A stretch of DNA of 61,336 nt, filler included, from an uncultured Methanosarcinales archaeon (GCA_964485195.1; 5 parts of 5 records of this genome joined end to end with filler, not necessarily neighbours in it), one strand, 5' to 3'. Counted from the whole stretch's first letter, positions 29,775-38,765 are shown. The notes: generated by a model from the letters alone, not told the origin. Translations and numbers: made by a program.

Positions 29775-30290
29775 ATGAAACAACTCCTCTCCCTCCAGGA
29801 CTGCCTTGACTGCAGGGACTGCTGTTATTATCACAAGGGTTATTTGCATCTTGCTCCTGCTTTTGAGAAAACAGCAAAAGTGAAAAAATCAAAAGTGATT
29901 GACAAGAAAACCCATTTCATTGCAAGATGCTCAAGGAAAAAGGACAGCAGCCATTTTTTCTGCGATTTCAGGGACGGCGACAAGTGCGGTCTGAAGGAAA
30001 GAAGGCCCTTTGCCTGCAAATTGTACCCTTTCAACGTGATGAGGGACAGGAAAGGCAATGTTGTCCTGGGAATTGACTTCAACTGCAAGGGCATTAAGAA
30101 AAAATCAGGAAGGGAGATCAAGGAATACGCTGAATACCTCATCCCCACAATTAGGAGGAAAATCAAAAACAAGCTGTTTTATGTTGAGCCTTTTCAGAAG
30201 GAGCTGAGGATAATTGCTAATGTCCAGAGAGCTTCATGCATTTTCAAACATGCTTCCTTCGCATTCAGCCACTTCGTAATCCTCTGTTGA
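29775..30290 (+). CDS. YkgJ-family cysteine-cluster (CxxCxxCC) protein
   Basis: CLDCRDCC, C.F...KC.L...RPFACKLYPF, C.G. Confidence 0.88.
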   Translation: MKQLLSLQDCLDCRDCCYYHKGYLHLAPAFEKTAKVKKSKVIDKKTHFIARCSRKKDSSHFFCDFRDGDKCGLKERRPFACKLYPFNVMRDRKGNVVLGIDFNCKGIKKKSGREIKEYAEYLIPTIRRKIKNKLFYVEPFQKELRIIANVQRASCIFKHASFAFSHFVILC

Positions 30291-31043
30291 GAAATTGCCG
30301 TCCTTCCATCTTGTCAGCATGCTTGTAATATCTTCTGTTTCAAACCTGCACAGGCCCTCCCTGCCTTCTGACATTTTTGCCTGCTCCCTGCTCTCCTGCT
30401 CCTGCTGTTCAACCTGCTCTTCTGTCAGTCCAGAGTTCAGCATCTGCTCCACCAGCGGTTCTGTGAATTCCAGCTCCACCTCCTCTGTTCTTATGTAAAG
30501 AACACACCTTCCTTCTTCCTCCCCTCTTATTTCAAGATAGGAGGTTGTTGTCTGGTTAATGCCGAATATTCCTACGCTTGGCCTGTGAGTGAAGTTTGCA
30601 GGACTGCAATCCCTTGACTCTTCAATGAAGCAGTTGAAATCCCTGCAGGCGGTTAAGGGGCCTGAATATTGCTGGATTCCTGTGCCTTCCTTTTCCTCCA
30701 GCTGCCCATCAGGAGACATTTCATCCTGAGAATCCCCTGGCCGCTCAATTTCTTCTGGCTGCTGTAGCTGCTCTTCTGCCCCAGAATCCTGCTGCTGGCT
30801 GAACATTACAAATCCGAACACAGCGGCTATCACAAGGATCACTGCGACAATCGGGATTATCCATAACGCTTTGGATGATGCTTTCGGCCTGGAAGGCTTT
30901 GTTTCAGAAGTGGCCGCGCTCACCCCCTTTTCAACATCCTTTTCAGACCAGCCCGAATTCCTGAGGGTCTGCTTAATCTGGTCTAAAGAAAATCCCTGTG
31001 AAATCCCTCTTTTTATGTATTCTACAATGGTCTGGTCAGCCAA
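30234..31043 (-). CDS. Membrane-anchored protein with N-terminal helical domain and Cys-containing extracellular domain
   Basis: YI.....G.S...IK..L...GW...DV N-terminus, one TM, C....CF......C.PA; TTG start. Confidence 0.75.
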   Translation of the reverse strand: MADQTIVEYIKRGISQGFSLDQIKQTLRNSGWSEKDVEKGVSAATSETKPSRPKASSKALWIIPIVAVILVIAAVFGFVMFSQQQDSGAEEQLQQPEEIERPGDSQDEMSPDGQLEEKEGTGIQQYSGPLTACRDFNCFIEESRDCSPANFTHRPSVGIFGINQTTTSYLEIRGEEEGRCVLYIRTEEVELEFTEPLVEQMLNSGLTEEQVEQQEQESREQAKMSEGREGLCRFETEDITSMLTRWKDGNFSTEDYEVAECEGSMFENA

Positions 31044-31059
31044 CTTCCCGCCTCTTTAA

Positions 31060-31722
31060 TTAAAACATTTTCCTTACAATGTCCAGCGTATATAAAACTA
31101 TTGCCTCAGCCTGCTCCCTGGTCGGGGAAAAGGCGTCCTGCTTTTTGTGCACTGAATAAATCCTGACCTGGTTTATCAGGTGGACCTGCTCGCTAAGGCC
31201 GGGGTCGAAACTGTAATTGAGCTCCTTTAGCTTTGCAATCAAGTTTCCCAGGCCTATTCCCGGGCTTGTCTCAAGAAGGTCCCTTCCTGAATGCTCATAA
31301 TATTTCCTGTGAAGGGCTGTTTCAAGAATCCTTCCGCACAGTATAATCGCTGATCTCAATAAATTGTTTTCCAGGCATCTTTCCATTTCCTTAAGGTCAG
31401 CATTCACCTCCTCCCTTATTTCCGCGGGCAGCCCGGGAATTATGAATCTTTTTTTGGTTTTTTGCTCCGGCTCTATTCTCCTCACATCTTCAAGGGTGCT
31501 TATCATCTCCTCAAGCCTGTCGTTCCTGTAAAGCCTCCACAGAATTTCGTAATAATCCTCGTCTATCTCCTTTATTTTCTTAATCCTGCTCTCTATGATG
31601 TTCTTGTAATACTCTGCCCTTTTCTCCTTGTAATTGGAAATGTCATACTCCTTCTTGCTTATGTCCAGTTTTGAGCTTAGCACTGCCTTTACAGCGCTCA
31701 TCAGCTCATCTGAATACTTCAT
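31060..31722 (-). CDS. DUF4145/HEPN-like domain protein
   Basis: E...CL.....SA.ILC.R.LE.AL, L..LI..L, R-x4-H (RIYSVH), P..E.A. Confidence 0.75.
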   Translation of the reverse strand: MKYSDELMSAVKAVLSSKLDISKKEYDISNYKEKRAEYYKNIIESRIKKIKEIDEDYYEILWRLYRNDRLEEMISTLEDVRRIEPEQKTKKRFIIPGLPAEIREEVNADLKEMERCLENNLLRSAIILCGRILETALHRKYYEHSGRDLLETSPGIGLGNLIAKLKELNYSFDPGLSEQVHLINQVRIYSVHKKQDAFSPTREQAEAIVLYTLDIVRKMF

Positions 31723-31747
31723 AGAACAAGGAAAGCAAAAGCTATTT

Positions 31748-32636
31748 TTATGTCTTTCCCAAGGTGCTTATGAAATACTTGTCGCCGTCGGAAAGTATGA
31801 ACACCGTGCCCTGGGACTTGCTGTAAACCTTCACTCCCTCTGGCTTTAGGCTCTCGTTTGTCAGCTTGTCGTAAACTATTATTTTAGGGGTGACAAGGTC
31901 AATCACTTCCTGTGAAACTGCGCCGTGCACGCTCAGCACGTCTGCGTCAATATTGTTGTCCTTTACATTGTCAAGGCAGACATCGCTGCAGTCTCCGAGG
32001 AAGAGGAATGAAGCTGAATCGTAATCAAGCCTGAAAACAATGGTGTCATCTTCAGGATTGCCGTTTGATTCGTTTCCGTAAGGCACGAACGCCTCAAATT
32101 CTATATGGTCGCTCACGTCAAAAACCCTGTCCTCTGTGATTTCTATGGGAGGGTAGGAATAGGCATTTGCATAGTTCTGATAGCTCTTGTAGGAGACATA
32201 TTGCCCGTTATAGCTCAGCCCCGAGGAGTAAGCCTGTGAGTTGTTGAAATTGAATATCACGCTGGGAAGCCCCCCTGCATTTTCAGTCCTTGCATTGGAG
32301 CTCAGGACATAATCTATCATTACCAGCCCCTTGTTGATGAGGTATTTCACAAGCTTAAGCCCGTCGCTGTTAGAGCCTCCGTCTATAAGAAGGTTTTTCC
32401 TCTCAGGCGTTCTTATCAAGGCTGAATTGCCTGAAATGTCTATGAACTCAACAGTGAGGTTTCTTATCCTTACCCGCTCTTCCGTGGCGTTTTCCCCTGT
32501 GACGTTGGATGTTTGATTGGCTGTGGCATTTGCTGTTAGGTTTATATCAGTATCTGCTGAAGCATTTAAATCTGTAACATTTTCCGGCTCATCAACATCT
32601 TCAGGAGTTTCATCTTGCATTATCGGCTCTGTGTCA
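31748..32636 (-). CDS. ComEC/Rec2-like metallo-beta-lactamase-fold protein, 5'-truncated, metal ligands degenerate
   Basis: V.FID..G.S.LI.TP....LIDGG, FLFLGD, DVL.V; the THxHxDH site reads SNARTEN. Confidence 0.75.
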
Positions 32637-32736
32637 NNNNNNNNNNNNNNNNNNNNNNNNNNNNNNNNNNNNNNNNNNNNTTAATTAATTAANNNNNNNN
32701 NNNNNNNNNNNNNNNNNNNNNNNNNNNNNNNNNNNN
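32637..32736. other. Artificial contig linker
   Basis: N run + TTAATTAATTAA + N run. Confidence 0.98.
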
Positions 32737-33027
32737 ATTACTTGACAAATCAATATCTGGTGTTTCAACGTAATCATCTTCCCCGTCAAACAAATAAGCC
32801 TCATTTTCATAGCCATCGCTGCCATTCAAAGCGCCGTGAACAGTTCCATTATAAATTCCTGTTTCGTCAGGGGCAAAGGTGCTGTTGCTCCCATTAACGT
32901 CATCAAAGCGCCAAAAACCCTTGTAATCAGGCGGTATGGTGTAAATACCATAAGAGGTAGAGTAAGCAAAATCCGCAAAAACCGCCAGGCCAAATGTCAT
33001 TATTAATATTATGATAATTTTTCTCAT
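32737..33027 (-). CDS. Secreted LamG-like (ConA fold) protein, N-terminal fragment
   Basis: Signal peptide; G.W.FD, D..G..NGT..GA, A..FDG.DDYV. Confidence 0.85.
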
Positions 33028-33206
33028 TATTCTGCCTTCCTCTTCTTTTTTGCCCTGTTATGGCATGTCCAGACTGTCCTGTCATCCCTGTTTAGCAGCA
33101 GTGCAATTTGATGGAACGAAAGGTTTTCCTTTTCGTGAAGATATTCCACAATAGCTTCCAACACGCTTAAAGTCCTGTCTGAGAAAATTCGAAGGGGGAT
33201 GCTCAT
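33027..33206 (-). CDS. Small helix-turn-helix DNA-binding protein (59 aa)
   Basis: Manual translation MSIPLRIFSDRTLSVLEAIVEYLHEKENLSFHQIALLLNRDDRTVWTCHNRAKKKRKAE; TAATG overlap with the LamG gene. Confidence 0.85.
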   Translation of the reverse strand: MSIPLRIFSDRTLSVLEAIVEYLHEKENLSFHQIALLLNRDDRTVWTCHNRAKKKRKAE

Positions 33207-33220
33207 ACTTACAATGTAAG
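33206..33220. promoter_or_regulatory. Palindromic operator copy 1
   Basis: TACTTACAATGTAAG directly abutting the HTH start codon. Confidence 0.75.
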
Positions 33221-33252
33221 AAAATTAATTTCTTTTTTAAAGATTACTATTT

Positions 33253-33269
33253 TACTTACAATGTAAGTA
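33253..33269. promoter_or_regulatory. Palindromic operator copy 2
   Basis: TACTTACA-A-TGTAAGTA, 8-bp perfect arms. Confidence 0.8.
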
Positions 33270-33351
33270 TTAAAAAATCTACTGCGAAATAATAAAAAAC
33301 AGGAAAGTTTAAATAGTAGAAAAATAATGCAAACAAAATCGCAGAGGTGAT

Positions 33352-33579
33352 ATGAAGATGGGAGACATTTCTAAAAAAACACTGGCAGTTTTATTTATAA
33401 TTGCTGTTGTCCTTTCTGCAGTTGCAACTTGGAAGATGCTCAGCACACCAACCACAGTGCTGGTATCAGGAGATGACACGGCAAAAGGAGATGCCCATAT
33501 CAGTTTTGGAGTGGGTTTAGAGCCAAGACCAGCTGAATATGTAGCCAAAGACGGACAAGTCACATTTGAAATAGAATAG
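33352..33579 (+). CDS. Small exported protein
   Basis: GAGGTGA SD; DISKKTLAVL.I.A.V.S leader shared with the next gene. Confidence 0.75.
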   Translation: MKMGDISKKTLAVLFIIAVVLSAVATWKMLSTPTTVLVSGDDTAKGDAHISFGVGLEPRPAEYVAKDGQVTFEIE

Positions 33580-33595
33580 AAGGAGGGGAGAAAAG

Positions 33596-34222
33596 ATGAG
33601 TGATATTAGCAACAAAACTCTGGCAATTCTGATAGGAATTGCAATTGTAATCTCTCTCGTAGGGATTTTAAGCGTAGGAAGAGGGGGTGTTGTTTACCTT
33701 ACAGGAACAGCCACCTCAGGCCAGGGGCCTGTAGCTTTCAACGCCACTTCGGAAGTATCAATCCTCGTGCAGGATTCCATAAACTTCGGAAATGGAAGGG
33801 TTGACAGCACGGCAAACAATGCAACCCTGGACAGCGAGAGCACATCTGCAACCGGCGGAAGCTGGACTTTTAGTGCTCAAAGGATAAACATTGATAACGA
33901 CGGCACAGTAAACATATCCATAAACGTAAGCGCTGACGGAGACAACAACGCAGCAGGATTGATAGGAGGAACAAGCCCTCTGTTCCAGATAAAGATTTCC
34001 CAGGAAGAGGGGACAGCTTGTGTGGGAAGCACAAAAGTTACTGACTATGCAAACGGAGCTGTGCCAAATTCCACGGAAACTCCGCTAACAATCTGCAGCC
34101 TGCTGAATTTCGGACCGCAGACATCAGACGAAATCAACATCTCGTCAAGGATGGTGGTGCCATCTGATACAGAAGCAGGTGCCAGAAACGCTACATTAAC
34201 ATTTAGCGCGACACAAGCATAA
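33596..34222 (+). CDS. Exported beta-rich subunit A (paralog 1)
   Basis: DISNKTLAIL leader, LTG.A, I.FG.G.V, NDG.VNI.I, one Cys pair, C-terminal G.RNATLTFSA. Confidence 0.85.
   Translation: MSDISNKTLAILIGIAIVISLVGILSVGRGGVVYLTGTATSGQGPVAFNATSEVSILVQDSINFGNGRVDSTANNATLDSESTSATGGSWTFSAQRINIDNDGTVNISINVSADGDNNAAGLIGGTSPLFQIKISQEEGTACVGSTKVTDYANGAVPNSTETPLTICSLLNFGPQTSDEINISSRMVVPSDTEAGARNATLTFSATQA
33899..33960. repeat. 62-bp perfect direct repeat, copy 1
   Basis: GACGGCACAGTAAACATATCC...GCAGCAGGATT identical to 34552-34613. Confidence 0.92.
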
Positions 34223-34257
34223 ATATTTAAATTTTTTATAATTTCTTTTTTATTATA

Positions 34258-34866
34258 ATGAAAATACAGGAATCTGTCCTTTTGGCAGCTCTGGTAATCA
34301 CTGTTATCCTCGCGACACTTTCTTTTGTTCAGGAAAAGGGGATTGTGGACATTACCGGCCTGGCCAGCTCAGGCACAGCAACCACAAGCGTAAACTTGAC
34401 TGAAGAGGTTTCTATAGCTGTTACTGGCTCCATAGACTGGGGGAGCGGCAGGGTTGATTCTGACACTGCCAATGCAACGCTTGACAGCAATGCAGGCACA
34501 GTGACAGGAGGGAGCTGGAGCCCTGTGCAGTCATACATCAAAGTAGAGAATGACGGCACAGTAAACATATCCATAAACGTAAGCGCTGACGGAGACAACA
34601 ACGCAGCAGGATTCATCGGGGGCACCAATCCTGAATTTAAGATGATAGGCAATGTGACAGAAACAGGAGCGTGCGCAGGAACACTGGTCCAGACTTTCAC
34701 GAATATTCCCAATTCAACTGAAACTCCATTGACAATTTGCGATCTGCTGAGATACGGACCTCAGGACCAGGATGAGTTCAATGTTTCCATGAAACTGCTT
34801 ATTCCCTCAGATGCTGTTTCAGGAGAGAGAAATGCCACCCTAACCTTCAGCGCGTCCAAGGTGTAG
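34258..34866 (+). CDS. Exported beta-rich subunit B (paralog 2)
   Basis: Colinear with 33596-34222: GRVDS.TA(N)ATLDS, GGSW, PNSTETPLTIC, GPQ..DE, RNATLTFSA. Confidence 0.85.
   Translation: MKIQESVLLAALVITVILATLSFVQEKGIVDITGLASSGTATTSVNLTEEVSIAVTGSIDWGSGRVDSDTANATLDSNAGTVTGGSWSPVQSYIKVENDGTVNISINVSADGDNNAAGFIGGTNPEFKMIGNVTETGACAGTLVQTFTNIPNSTETPLTICDLLRYGPQDQDEFNVSMKLLIPSDAVSGERNATLTFSASKV
34552..34613. repeat. 62-bp perfect direct repeat, copy 2
   Basis: Identical to 33899-33960. Confidence 0.92.
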
Positions 34867-34909
34867 AGACATCAAAAAATATTTAAATGCCTGATTAATC
34901 TCTCAGGCA

Positions 34910-36142
34910 ATGAAAAAAATTTTGCTGTTTTTTTTAATGATTCTATTAATACCTTTAGCCATATCTGTTGGTGTTGCCCCTCCCTCGGCACAATACATAT
35001 TCGAGCCGGGAATGGAGGGAGAGGTGCAGTTCTATTTCAGGAACAACCTCAAAGAGCCGGCAACATTGATAGCCTCCTTAAGCGGAGAGCTGGCAGAATA
35101 TGCTGAAATTATCTCAGAAAAAGAGATGTATTTGAACCATAATGAAAGGGGGTTTGTGGAGATACGCTTTGACCTGCCCGAAAGCATAGGGGAGCCGGGA
35201 TGGCATTCCTTCAATGTTATAGCCACAGAAGCAGAAGGGACTGGGGGCACTGTGGGTGCCAGAGGGCAGATAGTAGTGCCTGTTAAATTTTTCGTTCAAT
35301 ACCCCGGGAAAAAGCTGGACTTAAGGCTGAATGCAAAAGATGCAGGAGAAGGGGAGGAAGTAAAAATTGAGTTGTACATTTCCAACATAGGAACAGAGAA
35401 AGTTAGCAACGCGCAGGCAAATGTGGGGATATACAAGGAGGATGAGAAAATAGGGGAGGTTTCCAGCGAAACATTCGCAGTTGATGTGCTGGAAAACAAA
35501 AAAATAGAATTGCGATGGGATTCTGAAGGCGCCTCCTCAGGTGTTTACCTCGCAAGAGGAACCCTTGATTATGAGGGGGATACTGCCCTGGCAAATGACA
35601 CCTTTAAACTCGGGCTTTTTGACATAGAGGTGCTTGAGCATACCCAAAAAGTTGGGGAAGGCATAATAAACAGGTTCCTGCTCGTCCTGGAAAGCAAGTG
35701 GAACAGGGAAATAGAGAATATTTTTTCAGAGATTACAGTGTTGGATAACAGAAGCGCTATGACTACCTTTTCGATAGCAGAAAAAGCTTTAGGACCCTGG
35801 GAGCAAAAGACACTTTCAGGATTCCTTGACGCAAAAGACCTTGCCAAAGGCATTTATGATTTAGACATAAGGCTTAGGTTTTCAAGCGGCGGAGAAACGA
35901 GGGAAAAAACAGTAAAGGGACAGATAGAGGTTGTAGAGGAAGATAAAGTGGAAGAGATTACTGAAGCTCTCGTTGAGAAGCCCGCCGGGAAGATAGAAAA
36001 AGACATAAAAGGTCTGGGAGCTTATTTAACCACCACCAACATCCTGGTTGCTCTGGTCATAATACTAATAATAGTTAATATAATAATATTAGTGAAGAAG
36101 AAGAAGAAAAATGAGAAAGGAGAAGGGGATACCAACACATAA
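34910..36142 (+). CDS. Secreted three-Ig-like-domain protein with C-terminal TM anchor
   Basis: Signal peptide, GVAP start, N.G, G.Y strands, C-terminal hydrophobic helix + poly-Lys. Confidence 0.8.
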   Translation: MKKILLFFLMILLIPLAISVGVAPPSAQYIFEPGMEGEVQFYFRNNLKEPATLIASLSGELAEYAEIISEKEMYLNHNERGFVEIRFDLPESIGEPGWHSFNVIATEAEGTGGTVGARGQIVVPVKFFVQYPGKKLDLRLNAKDAGEGEEVKIELYISNIGTEKVSNAQANVGIYKEDEKIGEVSSETFAVDVLENKKIELRWDSEGASSGVYLARGTLDYEGDTALANDTFKLGLFDIEVLEHTQKVGEGIINRFLLVLESKWNREIENIFSEITVLDNRSAMTTFSIAEKALGPWEQKTLSGFLDAKDLAKGIYDLDIRLRFSSGGETREKTVKGQIEVVEEDKVEEITEALVEKPAGKIEKDIKGLGAYLTTTNILVALVIILIIVNIIILVKKKKKNEKGEGDTNT

Positions 36143-36545
36143 GGCAGCAATTCTTCTGGCAGTGGCAGTATTAATAACAGCGGGAATAACTGCTCTTGTT
36201 TACTCCTCTTATAAAATACTGAACTATGAGGAATTTGAGGTAAAGCTACAGGTTTCTGACAAGCAGAGGATAGGATTCAACCTAGATCCTGGAGTATTTA
36301 ATTTTGGAAAGGTGCCCCAGGGCAGTGTCGCAAAAAGGAACGCAACAGTCAGCCAGAACTATCCCCAGGATGTTGTTGTCCGCATCGAGATAGAAGGCAT
36401 AAAAGACCTGGTAAGCGTCAGCCAGAACTATTTCATCCTGCCGACAAACATCACCAGGGAGATTGAAATAATAGCCAGAATCCCTGAAAATAAGAGTGCG
36501 GGGAACTATTCGGGAAAACTGAAAGTTTACTATCTGAGACCATAA
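36111..36545 (+). CDS. Membrane-anchored Ig-like protein
   Basis: N-terminal TM, IGF, FG..P.G, N.F.L, GNYSG.L.V. Confidence 0.75.
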   Translation: MRKEKGIPTHKAAILLAVAVLITAGITALVYSSYKILNYEEFEVKLQVSDKQRIGFNLDPGVFNFGKVPQGSVAKRNATVSQNYPQDVVVRIEIEGIKDLVSVSQNYFILPTNITREIEIIARIPENKSAGNYSGKLKVYYLRP

Positions 36546-36576
36546 GCTTTTAAAATATAAAAAGATTGGGAGTCCT

Positions 36577-37239
36577 ATGCGAAGAATCATCATTCTCCTG
36601 TTAGCTGTTCTTGCAGTAACATTGGTGATTTATGAAGATGAAAGCTTTACTGAGAAAATCACCGGCTCTGCCACAGGTTCCTCTTCCATTAGCTTCAGGA
36701 TACTTTCGGAATGCAACATACCCCTGAAAGAAGGCTGGAACCTTATATCAGTCTGCTCAAACCTTTCCAACAAAAGCGTGAAAAGTGCATTAAAGGACAT
36801 TGAAAATGATTACAGGTACGTCCTGAGGTGGAATAGAAGCGCACAGGAATTTGATATTTACAGCCCTTTGGCAGCAGAGAATGACTTTAATGTGCTGGAA
36901 GAAGATAAAAGCTATTTTGTGTACTTGGAAATAGCAAACAGCACAATAAATGCTGAAGGAAAACCATTTGGGGATTTGGAAATCCCTCTTGTTTTCGGGT
37001 GGAACACTCCTGTTTACCCTTATACTTTCCAGGCGGAGGTCATAAGATACCTGGAATCCATAAACGATAGCTACAGGTATGTAATGGTATGGAACTCCTC
37101 AAGCCAGGAATTTTTAATATTCAGCCCGCTGGCTGTGGAAAATGATTTTTCAAACATATCTGAGGGTGAAGGCCAGTTCGTTTACATCTCAAACACAAGC
37201 GGAGCAATACTTAAATACAACAAAAGCAGGTTGCAATAA
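36577..37239 (+). CDS. Exported protein with two GWNL-type repeat domains
   Basis: ITGSA after TM; IPL..GWN...YRYV..WN...QEF.I.SPLA.ENDF duplicated. Confidence 0.8.
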   Translation: MRRIIILLLAVLAVTLVIYEDESFTEKITGSATGSSSISFRILSECNIPLKEGWNLISVCSNLSNKSVKSALKDIENDYRYVLRWNRSAQEFDIYSPLAAENDFNVLEEDKSYFVYLEIANSTINAEGKPFGDLEIPLVFGWNTPVYPYTFQAEVIRYLESINDSYRYVMVWNSSSQEFLIFSPLAVENDFSNISEGEGQFVYISNTSGAILKYNKSRLQ

Positions 37240-37241
37240 AA

Positions 37242-38765
37242 ATGAGGCATAAGCAATTGGTATTACTGTTAATTTTCGTTTTATTGTCCCATCCTGCACA
37301 TGCAAAGATCTTCCTGGGAACTGTAGATGGTTACGTCCTTAATATGACAAACGGGATTGTGGAAGGTGCCAATGTTACTGCAACTGTAAACGGGTGTTCT
37401 GGAGGAGAAACCAATGGCTGCGCTGGGAGTGATGTATCGCAATCCAACGGGTATTATGTAATAGCAAATCTGAATGCCGATCCAGGAGATATTATAAGTG
37501 TAAGCGCCACCGCTATAGTGGATGGAAACCAGGGCAGTGGAAGCAGTTCAGGGACAGCAAATGAGTTTCAGGCTGCAAGGGTGAATGTAAGTCTTTGTTT
37601 CAGCCCTTCTGCTCCCTCGCTTATAGACCAAGAGGACACCCACAATAGTTCTGTGAATCTTTACTGGAATTCCGGAACAGACCCCTTTGGATTTTCAACA
37701 TATGACGAGTTCCAGCTGGACAGCGGCCCGGTTCAGGTAAAAACCTCTCCTGTTTCCCTGAATGTTTCATATTCCTCTCATACCTGGAGGGTAAGGACTT
37801 GCAACACGAATGGGGTTACAAGCTGCTGTTCAGATTTTTCAGAAGACAGCTTCACTGTGGTAAATAATGCCCCCTCCCCTCCCTCATTAGTTCCGCAGGC
37901 TGACACTCACAATAACTCTGCCACTCTCAGCTGGACAAATGGAACAGACCCTGACGGGGATGAGGTTTATCATCAGTTCCAGTTTGATTCCCAGCCAGTT
38001 CAGAACAACAGTTTCTCCCCAGTCACCATCACTGACATCTCATTCGGGTCTCACACATGGGGTGTGAGGGCGTGCGATTTCCTTGTTTGCGGAGCGTGGG
38101 CAACAGACACCTTTGAAGTAATCAACAGCTTGCCCTCTGCTCCTGTGCTTGTTGAGCAGGGCAACACGCAAAGCTCCAGTGTGGGGCTGACCTGGACCTC
38201 TGGAACAGACCCTGACGGGGATATTGTTCATGACTGGTTCCAGTTTGGCAACTCAAGCGATTTCTCAAGCTTGTTTTACAATGACACTAATGCTTCCCAC
38301 CCTTCCTATATCAGCGGTCTGCCTTCTTTTGAAAAATATTACTGGAGGGTCAGTTCGTGCGATTCTGAAGGGTGCAGTGACTGGGCCTCAAGCTCCTTTG
38401 TCAAGTACAAATGCCCTCCTTGTGAAGGAGAAGACATTGAAGAAAGAGGAGAAGGAAAGGGGTCAACTGAAGCGCAAAAAATTGCTGAAAGGGTTATCCC
38501 CTCAGGGCCTGTGGAAGTTTTGCCGGAAGAACCCCCTGAAGAGGAGATTGAAGAGGAAGGGGAAATCACAGAAGAGGCAGCTGAAAAAGAGGCTGGACAG
38601 GCCCGGACCCCGGCAGGATTTGCATACTTTTTCGGGGAAAGGGTCCAGGATAATCTGTGGTGGATATTTCTGGTCATAATCTGGGGTGTGATAATAACAC
38701 TCGCTTTGATAAGGAGGAAAAAGAAAAAGACATCAGGGCATAATAGAGAACCACTTCAAAAGTAA
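37242..38765 (+). CDS. Surface protein: carboxypeptidase-regulatory-like domain, three FN3-like repeats, acidic linker, C-terminal TM
   Basis: G.V......GANVT; PS.P.L..Q..T....L.W..GTDP.G three times; W.VR.C; TM + RRKKKK. Confidence 0.85.
   Translation: MRHKQLVLLLIFVLLSHPAHAKIFLGTVDGYVLNMTNGIVEGANVTATVNGCSGGETNGCAGSDVSQSNGYYVIANLNADPGDIISVSATAIVDGNQGSGSSSGTANEFQAARVNVSLCFSPSAPSLIDQEDTHNSSVNLYWNSGTDPFGFSTYDEFQLDSGPVQVKTSPVSLNVSYSSHTWRVRTCNTNGVTSCCSDFSEDSFTVVNNAPSPPSLVPQADTHNNSATLSWTNGTDPDGDEVYHQFQFDSQPVQNNSFSPVTITDISFGSHTWGVRACDFLVCGAWATDTFEVINSLPSAPVLVEQGNTQSSSVGLTWTSGTDPDGDIVHDWFQFGNSSDFSSLFYNDTNASHPSYISGLPSFEKYYWRVSSCDSEGCSDWASSSFVKYKCPPCEGEDIEERGEGKGSTEAQKIAERVIPSGPVEVLPEEPPEEEIEEEGEITEEAAEKEAGQARTPAGFAYFFGERVQDNLWWIFLVIIWGVIITLALIRRKKKKTSGHNREPLQK

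Noticed and set aside
28671..33269. Shared regulon from similar CTTAC..GTAAG palindromes at 28671 and 33206/33253
   Set aside because: Spacing differs, they sit on different contigs and each abuts a different regulator family; similarity may be chance.
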